Shown here piece by piece: positions 21,228 through 30,768 of a stretch of DNA of 64,000 nucleotides; the first letter of the stretch is position 1; each line of letters opens with the position of its first letter. The notes under the pieces were generated by a model, which saw only the letters and a list, made by a program, of their open reading frames with translations, made no database searches and had not been told where the DNA came from. The position numbers and the translations under genes are program-made. The DNA comes from Escherichia phage vB_EcoS_ESCO30, in sequence record NC_106513.1, one strand, 5' to 3'.

Positions 21228-21999
21228 TATTATTTTTCTCCAATAGTTCTTTAATCGACAGGATTTCTATCCCATTCGTTTCGGCTTTCTTATAAGATGA
21301 GGAAGAACGCTTCGATTCATCCTCACAGATTAGGTATTTGACGTCTTTGGTAACGGATTTCTTAACCGTATATCCTAGACCTTCTAAATAGTTTGTTGCA
21401 TCCGTTCTATTTGCAAAATCTTGCAAAGATCCGGTAATACACACCGTGATTCCATTTGGCTGGGCAACTAATTCATCTGTAATGATGTCAGCTTTAGCAC
21501 CCTTAATACCATTTGAGAATTTCCACGGTAGTTCGATAACATCCTTGCCTTGTGGGGAACTTAGCCAGGCTTTATAATTTTCTCCAGCCTTGCCGTCAGC
21601 CTTCACATCGTGGAAGCTAGTGCAATTTTGGGATAATTTCTTTGCTGCAACCTCTCCAATTAGAGGGATTCCTAAAGAACCGAGAACTGAACCAAAGTCA
21701 ATGTCTCCGCGAACTTTAGTATTTAATTCGCTAATTAACTTAGCGGCAACCTTGCTACCCACGGCTCTAACCAAATCTTCTTCGGTTAGGTAAAACAGTT
21801 CTGAAATCTTCGTCAGCTCCAGCTTCTCAATAGTTTTTGGGCCAAAGCCCTTTAACTTCATTTTTGAACAGAAGTTCTCAATTAACTTACTTGATTGCGC
21901 TGGACAGTTGGACTTATTCCGACAGAATAATTGTCCGTTGACAAGATCTAGCTTAGAACCACAAGAGGGACATTGTGTTGGAATTTCGATTTTCATCAA
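21220..21999 (-). CDS. NAD-dependent DNA ligase, C-terminal subunit (Zn-finger, HhH, BRCT-like)
   Basis: CPSCGSKLDLVNGQLFCRN zinc finger followed by HhH-like GFGPKTIEKL; begins 200 bp after the adenylation-domain gene. Confidence 0.75.
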   Translation of the reverse strand: MMKIEIPTQCPSCGSKLDLVNGQLFCRNKSNCPAQSSKLIENFCSKMKLKGFGPKTIEKLELTKISELFYLTEEDLVRAVGSKVAAKLISELNTKVRGDIDFGSVLGSLGIPLIGEVAAKKLSQNCTSFHDVKADGKAGENYKAWLSSPQGKDVIELPWKFSNGIKGAKADIITDELVAQPNGITVCITGSLQDFANRTDATNYLEGLGYTVKKSVTKDVKYLICEDESKRSSSSYKKAETNGIEILSIKELLEKNNNV

Positions 22000-22026
22000 A
22001 TTTCTTCCTTATCAATTTATATAAAT

Positions 22027-22055
22027 ATTATAGCAAGTATTTAAGCATTTAGCAA
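22027..22055 (-). promoter_or_regulatory. sigma70-like early promoter in the ligase inter-subunit spacer
   Basis: Minus strand TTGCTA-17-TATAAT. Confidence 0.5.
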
Positions 22056-22198
22056 CTACAATTTTAACTAACTTTGCTTACCCTCGCCATAACTTTCTAT
22101 CCCTCAACTGAATGATAATAGTATATACCTAAGCGGCGAAAATGTCAATAACCACTTTATAATTCCGATATGGTAGATGGGTAGCAAAGGGTTATGTA

Positions 22199-23170
22199 TT
22201 AATCGTATACTCTCTCTACTATGCACGGGATTACACCACCAGCACGAATCACTCGAATCTGGCAACCGATCTCTAGATCAAGAGAGTTAATATAATCAAC
22301 GTTATTAAGAGTCGCTTTAACAATTGTAGCATCATCAATAATTACCGGTTCGAAATAACCAACTGGAGTTACTTTACCAGAAGCCCCTACCTGCCATTCA
22401 ACTTTAGTAAGAGTTGTAATCTCGCCTTCTTCATCCTCTTTAATAGCGAATGCCCCGCGAGGGAATTTATTAGTCCAGCCTTCTCGGAAGAATTTGTTGT
22501 TGTCATTAATACGAACAACTTTACCATCCGTCGGAATCCATTTAAAGAAGGAACGCACATTAACAACTGTTAAGAAGTTCTCATTCTCTAGCCAGAGCAT
22601 ATCTTTTAAATACGATTCTGTAATACCTACAGATTCAGCAGAACATTGGATACCGTATGCAACGAAGATTAAACCACCTTCCCCGATACGTTGTGCGAAA
22701 TCATCGCTATCTTTGAGGTTAATAGCACCAGAGGCAAAGTTACGTTTATTTTCTACTTCTTTTGTAATTAGAACTTCACCAGTGATTTGAGTAGGTACTT
22801 TTTGGGAAATCTTTTTAGGGATGTTCAGCAATCTTACGTTGCTTGTGACATCATTCCCTAGAATACCATTACCACGAGTTAGCGCTTGAACAAATTCGCC
22901 ATTAATATATAACAGAGAAATCGCACAACCATCTAACTTATCAGTTTCTACCTGACCTAATGGGTTAAACGGAGGTTTATCTCCACGATTATAATAAACT
23001 TTCTGTAAAGAATACATACGATACAGATGTGGAATATCACCCTTAGGCCCGATCTCTTCCTCTAATGGGAAGCGTTTTACCAGGCGATCATATTCTTCAT
23101 CAGAGATTAAAGACATGCCTTGATAATATGCTTCTTGACAGCGTTTAATAAATTCTTTTACATTGGTCAT
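22199..23170 (-). CDS. NAD-dependent DNA ligase, N-terminal subunit (adenylation + OB domain)
   Basis: KLDG adenylation-site lysine motif (VETDKLDGCAISL), NAD-ligase Ia-like N-terminus. Confidence 0.8.
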   Translation of the reverse strand: MTNVKEFIKRCQEAYYQGMSLISDEEYDRLVKRFPLEEEIGPKGDIPHLYRMYSLQKVYYNRGDKPPFNPLGQVETDKLDGCAISLLYINGEFVQALTRGNGILGNDVTSNVRLLNIPKKISQKVPTQITGEVLITKEVENKRNFASGAINLKDSDDFAQRIGEGGLIFVAYGIQCSAESVGITESYLKDMLWLENENFLTVVNVRSFFKWIPTDGKVVRINDNNKFFREGWTNKFPRGAFAIKEDEEGEITTLTKVEWQVGASGKVTPVGYFEPVIIDDATIVKATLNNVDYINSLDLEIGCQIRVIRAGGVIPCIVERVYD

Positions 23171-23201
23171 TTATTTATATCTCTCATTAATTTATATAAA
23201 T

Positions 23202-23230
23202 ATTATATAACAAAACTGAGTTGAAAGCAA
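23202..23230 (-). promoter_or_regulatory. sigma70-like early promoter
   Basis: Minus strand TTGCTT-17-TATAAT followed by conserved leader. Confidence 0.5.
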
Positions 23231-23236
23231 ATACAT

Positions 23237-23548
23237 TTATTCTTTTTCCGCCAGGCGTCTAGCTTCTTTTTCTACTTCTAATAAAACCTCACTATTAGAC
23301 AATATTTTAGTAAATGCCTTAAATAAATGAGATGTTGTTTCTAGAGTGTATGGCATACTGAATCCACTTTTTGTTGGAAACCATTCGCCTTCTATATCTT
23401 GGAGCCAGTACCTAATTCCTAAGTATAGATTCCCCCTAAACTCAGATACAGTTAGCCTAACCTGTTGGCCATCTTCTCTTTCCCAGATAACTATGGACTG
23501 ATCATCTACATGCCCAACATAATCCTGATTTACATTATCTCCCGACAT
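23237..23548 (-). CDS. hypothetical protein
   Basis: 103 aa ORF. Confidence 0.4.
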   Translation of the reverse strand: MSGDNVNQDYVGHVDDQSIVIWEREDGQQVRLTVSEFRGNLYLGIRYWLQDIEGEWFPTKSGFSMPYTLETTSHLFKAFTKILSNSEVLLEVEKEARRLAEKE

Positions 23549-24195
23549 TTTATTGCTCCCTGACTTAGGAGATATTCCTCTGCCTCCTCTGGTTGAATAT
23601 TAAAAAACTCAGTAGAACCATCAAATATTGATTCTGTAAATATCTGTGTAGTACTAAAAAATCTATGAGCTTTATTTTCTAGATTATACGCTGACTCATC
23701 ATAAGAGTATACTCCATGTATACTCAAGTCCTCCAGATTAGAGTCTTTTTTGATCTCTAAAAGTCTTCTATCTGGACTTTTAGATGTTCCTATTTTTGTT
23801 CCTAACCGTGGACTATAGAATATATACAAATAGCTTGTAGTTACACAAATAGGACAAGACCTTCCTGCATTTTTAACTTTATCCACGCTACTAGTCCACC
23901 TATGCCCCTCTGCACACTCGAATACTGCTTGACTATGTGCATTGATATAGGGAGGTATAAGTTTTATGCCTCTATTGGCTAATTGTTGATTTATTTGCTC
24001 TATAGTAAGTTTAGCTTTACCGCTACAATGTGGGCAACCACTGCCTTTTCTTATATTATTTAGGTATGCCTTCCACTGGTGGCCTTTTGAGCATCTAAAT
24101 ATGGCGGGTGTTCTTATGTTAATCCACTCACTTACTATACTAAAACCTCGCGGCTCTAATTCTTTATTTATTTGCTTTACTGTTAACTTTTTCAC
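23530..24195 (-). CDS. T5orf172-domain protein (GIY-YIG-related) with tandem zinc ribbons
   Basis: Two CxxGHxW...CPxC zinc-ribbon repeats followed by ...KIGTSKSPDRRLLEIK... T5orf172-type motif. Confidence 0.65.
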   Translation of the reverse strand: MKKLTVKQINKELEPRGFSIVSEWINIRTPAIFRCSKGHQWKAYLNNIRKGSGCPHCSGKAKLTIEQINQQLANRGIKLIPPYINAHSQAVFECAEGHRWTSSVDKVKNAGRSCPICVTTSYLYIFYSPRLGTKIGTSKSPDRRLLEIKKDSNLEDLSIHGVYSYDESAYNLENKAHRFFSTTQIFTESIFDGSTEFFNIQPEEAEEYLLSQGAIKCREIM

Positions 24196-24200
24196 TATAA

Positions 24201-24240
24201 CCCATATACAGCAAAGGAGAGCCGAAGCTCTCCTTTTCTT
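24201..24240. terminator. terminator-like hairpin
   Basis: AAAGGAGAGC-CGAA-GCTCTCCTTT hairpin flanked by T/A runs. Confidence 0.45.
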
Positions 24241-24242
24241 TA

Positions 24243-24533
24243 TTATTTTTTGCCTACTGGCGTAGCTCTATCAAGTTCACTAGACAATGAAGTGATACGT
24301 TTCACCTTATTTACAGGAATAAATCGGAAGCTGTCATTAGTGCGACTAAACACTAGAATTTCGTCATCTTTTGGTTGACGGATACGCTCCTGAGCAAAAC
24401 GTTTACTTAGGTACTTATCAGAAAAATCCATAGTACCCTGAAGGTACGTAGTACCTTTTTGGCGTAGTTTCTCATAATGAAGGTAGAACTCATTATGGGC
24501 TTCACATGCGGAGATAATTTCTTGTTTGTTCAT
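24243..24533 (-). CDS. hypothetical protein
   Basis: 96 aa ORF. Confidence 0.4.
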   Translation of the reverse strand: MNKQEIISACEAHNEFYLHYEKLRQKGTTYLQGTMDFSDKYLSKRFAQERIRQPKDDEILVFSRTNDSFRFIPVNKVKRITSLSSELDRATPVGKK

Positions 24534-24547
24534 GTATAATCTCCCTA

Positions 24548-24958
24548 TTACTTAGTGATAGCTCGGATCGCTTCTGCCAGATGAGCAGCCGCTTTACCGG
24601 TCAGTTTGTCGATAATTGCATCATCCAGAAAATCTGGTGCTAAGCCAGCATCAGAGAATGCTGAACGAAGGTCGGCATGGGCTTGAGCTTTGGAGGTACG
24701 AGAGCCACCGGAAGCTTTTTCTCCAGTAGATGCGCTAGATTTAGAAGCAGAACCAGCAGCTTTCTTAATATACAAGCCCGCTTTAGTCAGCTTCATACGA
24801 AAACCGTTCGGAGTTACACCATTTTCCTGGGCAATTTCGCTAACAATTTCCATGCTAACACTCGGACGTTCATCCTCTGGGAATTGCTCCATACGAGCAA
24901 CGTATTCGGAAGACATTTTTTCGAACAGTTCATCAGTCCACTGAGTTGGAGTAGTCAT
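24548..24958 (-). CDS. hypothetical protein with HTH-like module (related to the 20460-21227 product)
   Basis: 136 aa; shares VSEIAQENGVTPNGFRMKLTKAGL module type with the 255-aa protein. Confidence 0.4.
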   Translation of the reverse strand: MTTPTQWTDELFEKMSSEYVARMEQFPEDERPSVSMEIVSEIAQENGVTPNGFRMKLTKAGLYIKKAAGSASKSSASTGEKASGGSRTSKAQAHADLRSAFSDAGLAPDFLDDAIIDKLTGKAAAHLAEAIRAITK

Positions 24959-25015
24959 ATTTTATATTTCCTTAATTAAGAATTAAACAGAATAGTTCTT
25001 TCAAACTATGAGAAT

Positions 25016-25044
25016 ATTATATCAAGAATTGTAGGATTAAGCAA
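25016..25044 (-). promoter_or_regulatory. sigma70-like early promoter
   Basis: Minus strand TTGCTT-17-TATAAT. Confidence 0.5.
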
Positions 25045-25064
25045 CTGAAATTTTTCGGTAATTG

Positions 25065-25325
25065 CTACACGTCTAGCTCAACAATCTCCCAATCATCCGC
25101 TAGAGCTTCATCTAGAGTTAATTCAACCTCTTCATCACTGGGCAGCAGCGTAGTATCTGAAGGCATCCACACGTACTGGCGTACAGTATTGCTGTCTACG
25201 TCAAATTTCAATAGTACAGTATACTCTCTATTATTTTCCCAGCTATCCCGCTGGAGATATTTTACTTCCCCATCTTTAAGTAAATCAGTTAGTCTACTCA
25301 CGGCGTTTTCCTTTTTCTTTATCAA
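25065..25325 (-). CDS. hypothetical protein
   Basis: 86 aa acidic ORF. Confidence 0.4.
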   Translation of the reverse strand: MIKKKENAVSRLTDLLKDGEVKYLQRDSWENNREYTVLLKFDVDSNTVRQYVWMPSDTTLLPSDEEVELTLDEALADDWEIVELDV

Positions 25326-25998
25326 GTTTCAAGGCGGCCTTAACAGCTTCGTTAATCAACGTAATGACTTCTTCCCGAGTCCACTTATACCCCAGAGACT
25401 TTACATCAACCCCTAACTTTTCCAGGTGTTTAACAGAAGCCAGTTCATAATTCATATAATGAACGTTCTGTTGTTTGCCTTCTGATAGAAGCCATACACG
25501 GTAACAACCAACAGGGTTATCCATTGCTTTTTTGATTTCACCGATACACTGGTATCCAGGAACCCAAACAAGCTCACCTACCTCAAATTCTTCTGCTACA
25601 GCATCGTCAGGAATAATTGGTGGATTCAATGGATCTACAATATCGTTCAAACGAAGTAGAGCACCATATCGTTCCAGAACAGATTTAACCATTGCTACAG
25701 AGCGATAATTACGATCGGCAATCTCTTCAAAAGAATCACCAGATAAATACTGCTCAATAACGTTGGCTAACTCAATGCCTTCAATGAGTGTGCCACGTTT
25801 CTTTTTCTTCATCTCGGCAACTTGAATTTGGCGATCTTGCCACTCTTCAATCATCCTTTCCATAGTTGGATTGGAGGATACTCCGAGCATTTCACATGCT
25901 GCTTTCTTAGTACCACCGTTCTCCAGATGCTCTATAACTTTTTTAAAGACTTCATCCGGGATTTCATGGATATGTTTCTTTCTGCGAGAACCAGCCAT
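25294..25998 (-). CDS. hypothetical protein, possible HTH regulator
   Basis: 234 aa; N-terminal ...GGTKKAACEMLGVSSNPTMERM... HTH-like segment. Confidence 0.4.
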   Translation of the reverse strand: MAGSRRKKHIHEIPDEVFKKVIEHLENGGTKKAACEMLGVSSNPTMERMIEEWQDRQIQVAEMKKKKRGTLIEGIELANVIEQYLSGDSFEEIADRNYRSVAMVKSVLERYGALLRLNDIVDPLNPPIIPDDAVAEEFEVGELVWVPGYQCIGEIKKAMDNPVGCYRVWLLSEGKQQNVHYMNYELASVKHLEKLGVDVKSLGYKWTREEVITLINEAVKAALKLDKEKGKRRE

Positions 25999-26029
25999 AT
26001 TTAAACTCCTCTCTCAAATTTATGAATCT

Positions 26030-26058
26030 ATTATACAGAAAAATTTTCCTGAAAGCAA
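26030..26058 (-). promoter_or_regulatory. sigma70-like early promoter
   Basis: Minus strand TTGCTT-17-TATAAT plus conserved leader ending in SD. Confidence 0.5.
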
Positions 26059-26066
26059 ATAAATTT

Positions 26067-26300
26067 TTACGATTCCTTGAGCAAAGAAGAAAGTTCAGCA
26101 TATACTTTATCTAATTCAAACCCTATGCGAAGAGATACGTTAGTCCTCCGTTGTTTAAGTAACCACTCGGATATGTTAGGGATGCCAGCTAGTCTGTGTG
26201 GTACCACCCTACATAGCTTTTCCGAAGTATCGTAAGCAGGAACTTTACGCTCTTTTACTGGAAACTTCCTTGTTTCCCATTTTTTATTCTTCACTGTCAT
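26067..26300 (-). CDS. hypothetical protein
   Basis: ORF trimmed to internal Met to limit overlap with upstream HNH gene. Confidence 0.3.
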   Translation of the reverse strand: MTVKNKKWETRKFPVKERKVPAYDTSEKLCRVVPHRLAGIPNISEWLLKQRRTNVSLRIGFELDKVYAELSSLLKES

Positions 26301-26814
26301 ATCTCTCCGAGGGATTAAATTCACCAAACAGCTCTTTAACTCCCCTAAGGTATAGCTGATGGGCTTCTTCCGGGGTATCTCGTCTACCAAAAATATGCTG
26401 CTTTCCATCGCAGTAAGCGTAGGCCATATACCTATTACCTCGTTTTACAACTCCAGTGAATCCGGTAGAATTAGTAGAACACTTCTTATTCTTTCCATTT
26501 TCGGAATAGGTAGCCTTACGTAAATTATCCCACAAGTTATTTAAACTATCACCGTCTTTATGGTCGATAGTTTTATCTCCAGGATCTTCGCCTGTCTTTA
26601 TAAACCAGATTATTCTATGGGCTAAGTAAGCTGTCCGCTCCCCATTTATCGTAAACTCTAGTTGTCTCCCAGTTTTCATTTTGGAGCCCGCTACCTTTCC
26701 CTTCCTTGGGCCAGATAACCAAATTAAGTCCCCAGTACTTTCGTCATACCTAAGCTTTTCTAGGATAAATGCCATAGGAGGCATTGGTTTATGCGTCTTC
26801 ATTAGTTGCTCCAA
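26284..26814 (-). CDS. HNH homing endonuclease (HNH + AP2-like domain)
   Basis: ...IDHKDGDSLNNLWDNLR... HNH core, ...TGFTGV... AP2-like motif. Confidence 0.65.
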   Translation of the reverse strand: MEQLMKTHKPMPPMAFILEKLRYDESTGDLIWLSGPRKGKVAGSKMKTGRQLEFTINGERTAYLAHRIIWFIKTGEDPGDKTIDHKDGDSLNNLWDNLRKATYSENGKNKKCSTNSTGFTGVVKRGNRYMAYAYCDGKQHIFGRRDTPEEAHQLYLRGVKELFGEFNPSERYDSEE

Positions 26815-29653
26815 GTTCTGACAGTACTTCTTCTGCCATAGCCTTCTCTTCCTCTGTCATGAATTTGAAAGGAATCGGCATACACTCGATTTTACAATAG
26901 GTTCTGTACCAGTCTACTATATTTTCAGTGTTCATATCCTTACCAATACCCATCATACCAAGATACATTCTAGCATATTTTGGGTTAGCACTCTGACCTG
27001 TTTTAAGGAAGAAGTCTTTCTTCTTACCTTTCAGAGCTTCTATGAAGGGTTTAATGGTTACATTTGAACACTTCTTAATGTCTTCCCAGAACATCTCGTG
27101 CATCTTATGGAAGAATGCAGCTCGATCGTTCGGCTTATCTTTGATATATTGTTCAACATGCTCAACTGTTACATCTTTAATAGACTCAAGATGATAATAG
27201 CGAACAAGAAGTAGTTTAGCTTCATACGCATCCGCATGACGTGGAGCACAATAATCTGGAGTTGAATGCAGAATAGCTTTGATTCGCTCTTCTGTGTACT
27301 CTTTACCAGCACCTTCGATAGTTCCCCAGCTTTCACTGAAAATATCAATAGTTGCACCTTGATCAAGTAAGTAATAACGTAAAGTACTAGTATAGTTCCT
27401 AGATTCCAGCTCCCTGCGACGTGCGTATAATTGCTGTGCTAATTCCAGCCAGCCTTCATCAATATTATATTGTTCAGAACCTGCGGAGAATCCACTCGTA
27501 GATTTATCAATAAAATAATAGATGTTCTGGGCACCACGGTCGCGCCTGATTGCTTGGAAACGCATGTTCGGCGCTTGATTACTGGTTCTAGTAATAACAA
27601 ATACGTTATCAAAATAGTTGAAGTCAACGCCACTCGTTACGGATGGACTACATAATAAACAGTCAATCTGTTGGTCAATTAGCTCATTAGTTGTATAATC
27701 CAGAATACGTCGAATATCCACATCTGAGGTGGAGTTTGAATGGATTTCCTTAACTAACGCACCAGTATTACGACGTAGTGCCATACCCTTCTCATTCAGC
27801 TCATCAGGGCCACAATCAGATACCAGAATAGATTTCTCACCCATCTCTAGAGAAGTCTGAAGTGCAACCCAAATACTGGATTCATCAGGGAACTCATAAG
27901 CATGAGCTTTTGACAGCATCTTACGGTGATGATTATAGAATGCAACTGGTTTATCGAACTCAATCAAAGAACCATATGCTTCAATTGTTTCCGCACTAAT
28001 ATCACCATCGGATAGTATAATGATTTTTGCAGTTGCAAGAATATCCCGAAGAACCTGAATACACTCGCGACGTTGCTTAACAACCGGGGCGAATAATAGG
28101 TCATTCATTACTGCATCACATTCATCAATAAAGATTGCATCAATTTGACCAATAAAACTTTTGAACTTATGTAAAGAGTGAATAGTTGTGGACATACGAT
28201 CAATAGCACCACGCTTGAAATTAAGCATATCTACAGACTTATCATATTGTCCTGCACTAAATTTCTTGGCATTTGAAGATACCAGTGCTCTAGTATTTGT
28301 AATTGCTAAGAAATTACCTTTAATAACCCCTGAATCTAACCAACGCACAACCGCCGTGGTTTTACCTGTGCCTAGACTTGCTTTTACAAAAGTCATATGA
28401 CCTTCTGGTGGCACAGTGTTTAATTTCAAGAAATTATCTGTTTCTAGAGAGTTAGTTTCTAGCTTTTTAAGTGGAATACCTTTTAAAACATCAGGTATAT
28501 CACGTTTAGAATTATTAACAAATGCTTTCAGAGCCTGTTTTCGACCGTTATTAAAGTAATCTTGAATATTACGACTATTATCTTTAGTTGCAATATACTC
28601 AGATAAAGCTGGGCGGATCTCCTTCTCTAGCCAACCAAAATCTACACCATCCTCTAACGCTCGGTGATAGAGTTTAGGAATAATACGTAGATACACTCCA
28701 TCTTCAGCTTCTTCTAGTTCGCTGATAGTTTCCTCTACTTTATCAGAGGCAGCTTTTTTACCTTTAATTTGATCGAGTAAAGAGTAGAATTCCTCTTTAA
28801 ACTCTCCTCTAGTTGTTTCATAGTCAACTAGATTATTAGGTAAATTTACTTTTGAGCCTTTAACAAATACCAGACGTGAAGCACCATCCGCTTTAAACGG
28901 ATCAACTATACCATCAGTAAATAAAGGATCTGCAAAATAGTGGAGCTGTACTGAAGAGTAATAAGCTAAGTCGGCAATATCAAAACCATACTTTTGTCTA
29001 CTACTTTCGTTGATAGATGTAAATAAGAACTTGATCTGACCCTGTGTAACTTTAACATTAGATTCTAGTATTAAGTGCATTCGGATACCTGGTTTTAGTC
29101 CAGCCGAAGACGATGCATGAGCAATAAACCCTGCATCAAGAGGAAACATATCCTCACTAATACTATTCAACATCCTAATAATATGACGCGCCATGCCAAC
29201 AAGATCAAACTTGTTACAACCTCCTGTATCTACAATACCATCCACATCCATTGCGATTATATGACTTGGATTAGATACATTAAAGTTGCCCTTCTTACGT
29301 CGCACATTATTTTTAGGTGCAAGACATCGACCTCGTACCACAACGATATGAGGGTCAGACGTTAAACGTCTCATAAGAGGAAGCATTTCTACTAGGGTTT
29401 GAGGATCAACTTCATCAATTACATCAAACTTGAAGGGCATTGAAGCTGGTTTACCTTCAGGATGCTTTGAGGAAAATCTTTTAGCAAAAAGATAATCTTC
29501 TGCTTTAACTTCTCGCCAATTGCCTGTGGCTAAATCGCGATGAAATCCTGCATGACCTTGTAGGATTGAAAACACAACAATACTCCTGTGTTGGAAATGA
29601 AATAAATTTTCTTTAGGACTATTCAGAAAGAATAGAACAACTGTTACTGTCAA
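26789..29653 (-). CDS. replication ATPase/helicase with N-terminal primase-polymerase-like domain
   Basis: 954 aa; N-terminal HIIAMDVDG acidic motif; Walker A SLGTGKTT, Walker B IFIDECD; start codon choice uncertain. Confidence 0.55.
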   Translation of the reverse strand: MTVTVVLFFLNSPKENLFHFQHRSIVVFSILQGHAGFHRDLATGNWREVKAEDYLFAKRFSSKHPEGKPASMPFKFDVIDEVDPQTLVEMLPLMRRLTSDPHIVVVRGRCLAPKNNVRRKKGNFNVSNPSHIIAMDVDGIVDTGGCNKFDLVGMARHIIRMLNSISEDMFPLDAGFIAHASSSAGLKPGIRMHLILESNVKVTQGQIKFLFTSINESSRQKYGFDIADLAYYSSVQLHYFADPLFTDGIVDPFKADGASRLVFVKGSKVNLPNNLVDYETTRGEFKEEFYSLLDQIKGKKAASDKVEETISELEEAEDGVYLRIIPKLYHRALEDGVDFGWLEKEIRPALSEYIATKDNSRNIQDYFNNGRKQALKAFVNNSKRDIPDVLKGIPLKKLETNSLETDNFLKLNTVPPEGHMTFVKASLGTGKTTAVVRWLDSGVIKGNFLAITNTRALVSSNAKKFSAGQYDKSVDMLNFKRGAIDRMSTTIHSLHKFKSFIGQIDAIFIDECDAVMNDLLFAPVVKQRRECIQVLRDILATAKIIILSDGDISAETIEAYGSLIEFDKPVAFYNHHRKMLSKAHAYEFPDESSIWVALQTSLEMGEKSILVSDCGPDELNEKGMALRRNTGALVKEIHSNSTSDVDIRRILDYTTNELIDQQIDCLLCSPSVTSGVDFNYFDNVFVITRTSNQAPNMRFQAIRRDRGAQNIYYFIDKSTSGFSAGSEQYNIDEGWLELAQQLYARRRELESRNYTSTLRYYLLDQGATIDIFSESWGTIEGAGKEYTEERIKAILHSTPDYCAPRHADAYEAKLLLVRYYHLESIKDVTVEHVEQYIKDKPNDRAAFFHKMHEMFWEDIKKCSNVTIKPFIEALKGKKKDFFLKTGQSANPKYARMYLGMMGIGKDMNTENIVDWYRTYCKIECMPIPFKFMTEEEKAMAEEVLSELGATNEDA

Positions 29654-30074
29654 TTTCTCAACAAATTAATCGCAAATACTGAAGTGGGGTGGCAACTTCC
29701 ACTTTCACGCTACACTGCCGCTTCACTATACCGCACAAATCCTTGAGGATGGCCGCTAAGCCAGATTTGCTCACCTAATGCTTCATGTACTAGCTCATAC
29801 TAGATGTAGTATACCTTACGTCATCACTTCTCAGAGTTTTTCACTCTTCCCGTCTCACTTCACAACCACCTCACACTAGGTTGCTTCGAGGCCTTACCAG
29901 GGTTCCTACGGGATGTAGATCGCTAAGTATTCTATTAATTATTTGTTTAAAAACTAACACGTAACAGTTAAAACAACCCTTAATGGGGCAGCCTAACTGT
30001 TCCGTATCGCGGATTGTAAACAAGAAAAATTAGCAAAATCAATTTTTACTAATGTCTCTCAATTCAATATAAAT

Positions 30075-30103
30075 ATTATATCAAGATTTTGAGCATCGTG
30101 CAA
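30075..30103 (-). promoter_or_regulatory. sigma70-like early promoter
   Basis: Minus strand TTGCAC-17-TATAAT. Confidence 0.45.
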
Positions 30104-30179
30104 GTAAATTTTTAAAGAGAATGCTATCATTGGTCTTGAGTACGGATAAAACCGAGCCAAAATGACTCGGTTACGTGGA

Positions 30180-30377
30180 TTAGACACTTAAAATACTTCT
30201 AATCTCTTCTATATACTTATCTACTTTTTTAGCATCTACTTTGCTTAGTTTTTCTATATCAAAATTAGGATCAGTAAACATTCTAGCTATCTCTATCTCT
30301 AGAGACTTACTAATTTTCCCTGTAGTATTCCACTTAGAAATCTTCCCTTTTATTTTCCAAAATTCCTTATTCATCAT
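30180..30377 (-). CDS. hypothetical protein
   Basis: 65 aa ORF. Confidence 0.35.
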   Translation of the reverse strand: MMNKEFWKIKGKISKWNTTGKISKSLEIEIARMFTDPNFDIEKLSKVDAKKVDKYIEEIRSILSV

Positions 30378-30759
30378 TTAATCCCGGAACATAAATCCCA
30401 ACACGATTTAATTGTTCTTTAGCTTCTGCGAGAATATCTGGAGTGTACTCCCAAATATCATTTTCCACCTGTAAAAGATGGGGCGAACAACCGTCATCAG
30501 GCACACGACATATGGCCAAACCACGTGGATGGAACAAAGAGAAATTTAGTGCAACAATTAAACCCATAGCAGACAACTCATTCCAATCCAATTCCCATTC
30601 CCTAGCGTAGCCTGATAGGAAAACACCAATACAGGGATAGTCTATTTGCTGCTTCGGAAAAGTGAAGGAAGCTTGTCTTACCCCCAACCAACGTTGTAGC
30701 AGCTTCTCCGCACGCTTCACCAAACTAGGATCAATCTGACGCCAATATACTTGTTCCAT
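30367..30759 (-). CDS. hypothetical protein (paralog A of tandem pair)
   Basis: 130 aa; shares PCIG...W.ELD.MGL..ALN..LF.P... and C-terminal G(I/Y)xxPGL with neighbour. Confidence 0.5.
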   Translation of the reverse strand: MEQVYWRQIDPSLVKRAEKLLQRWLGVRQASFTFPKQQIDYPCIGVFLSGYAREWELDWNELSAMGLIVALNFSLFHPRGLAICRVPDDGCSPHLLQVENDIWEYTPDILAEAKEQLNRVGIYVPGLNDE

Positions 30760-30768
30760 TGTGCCCCC

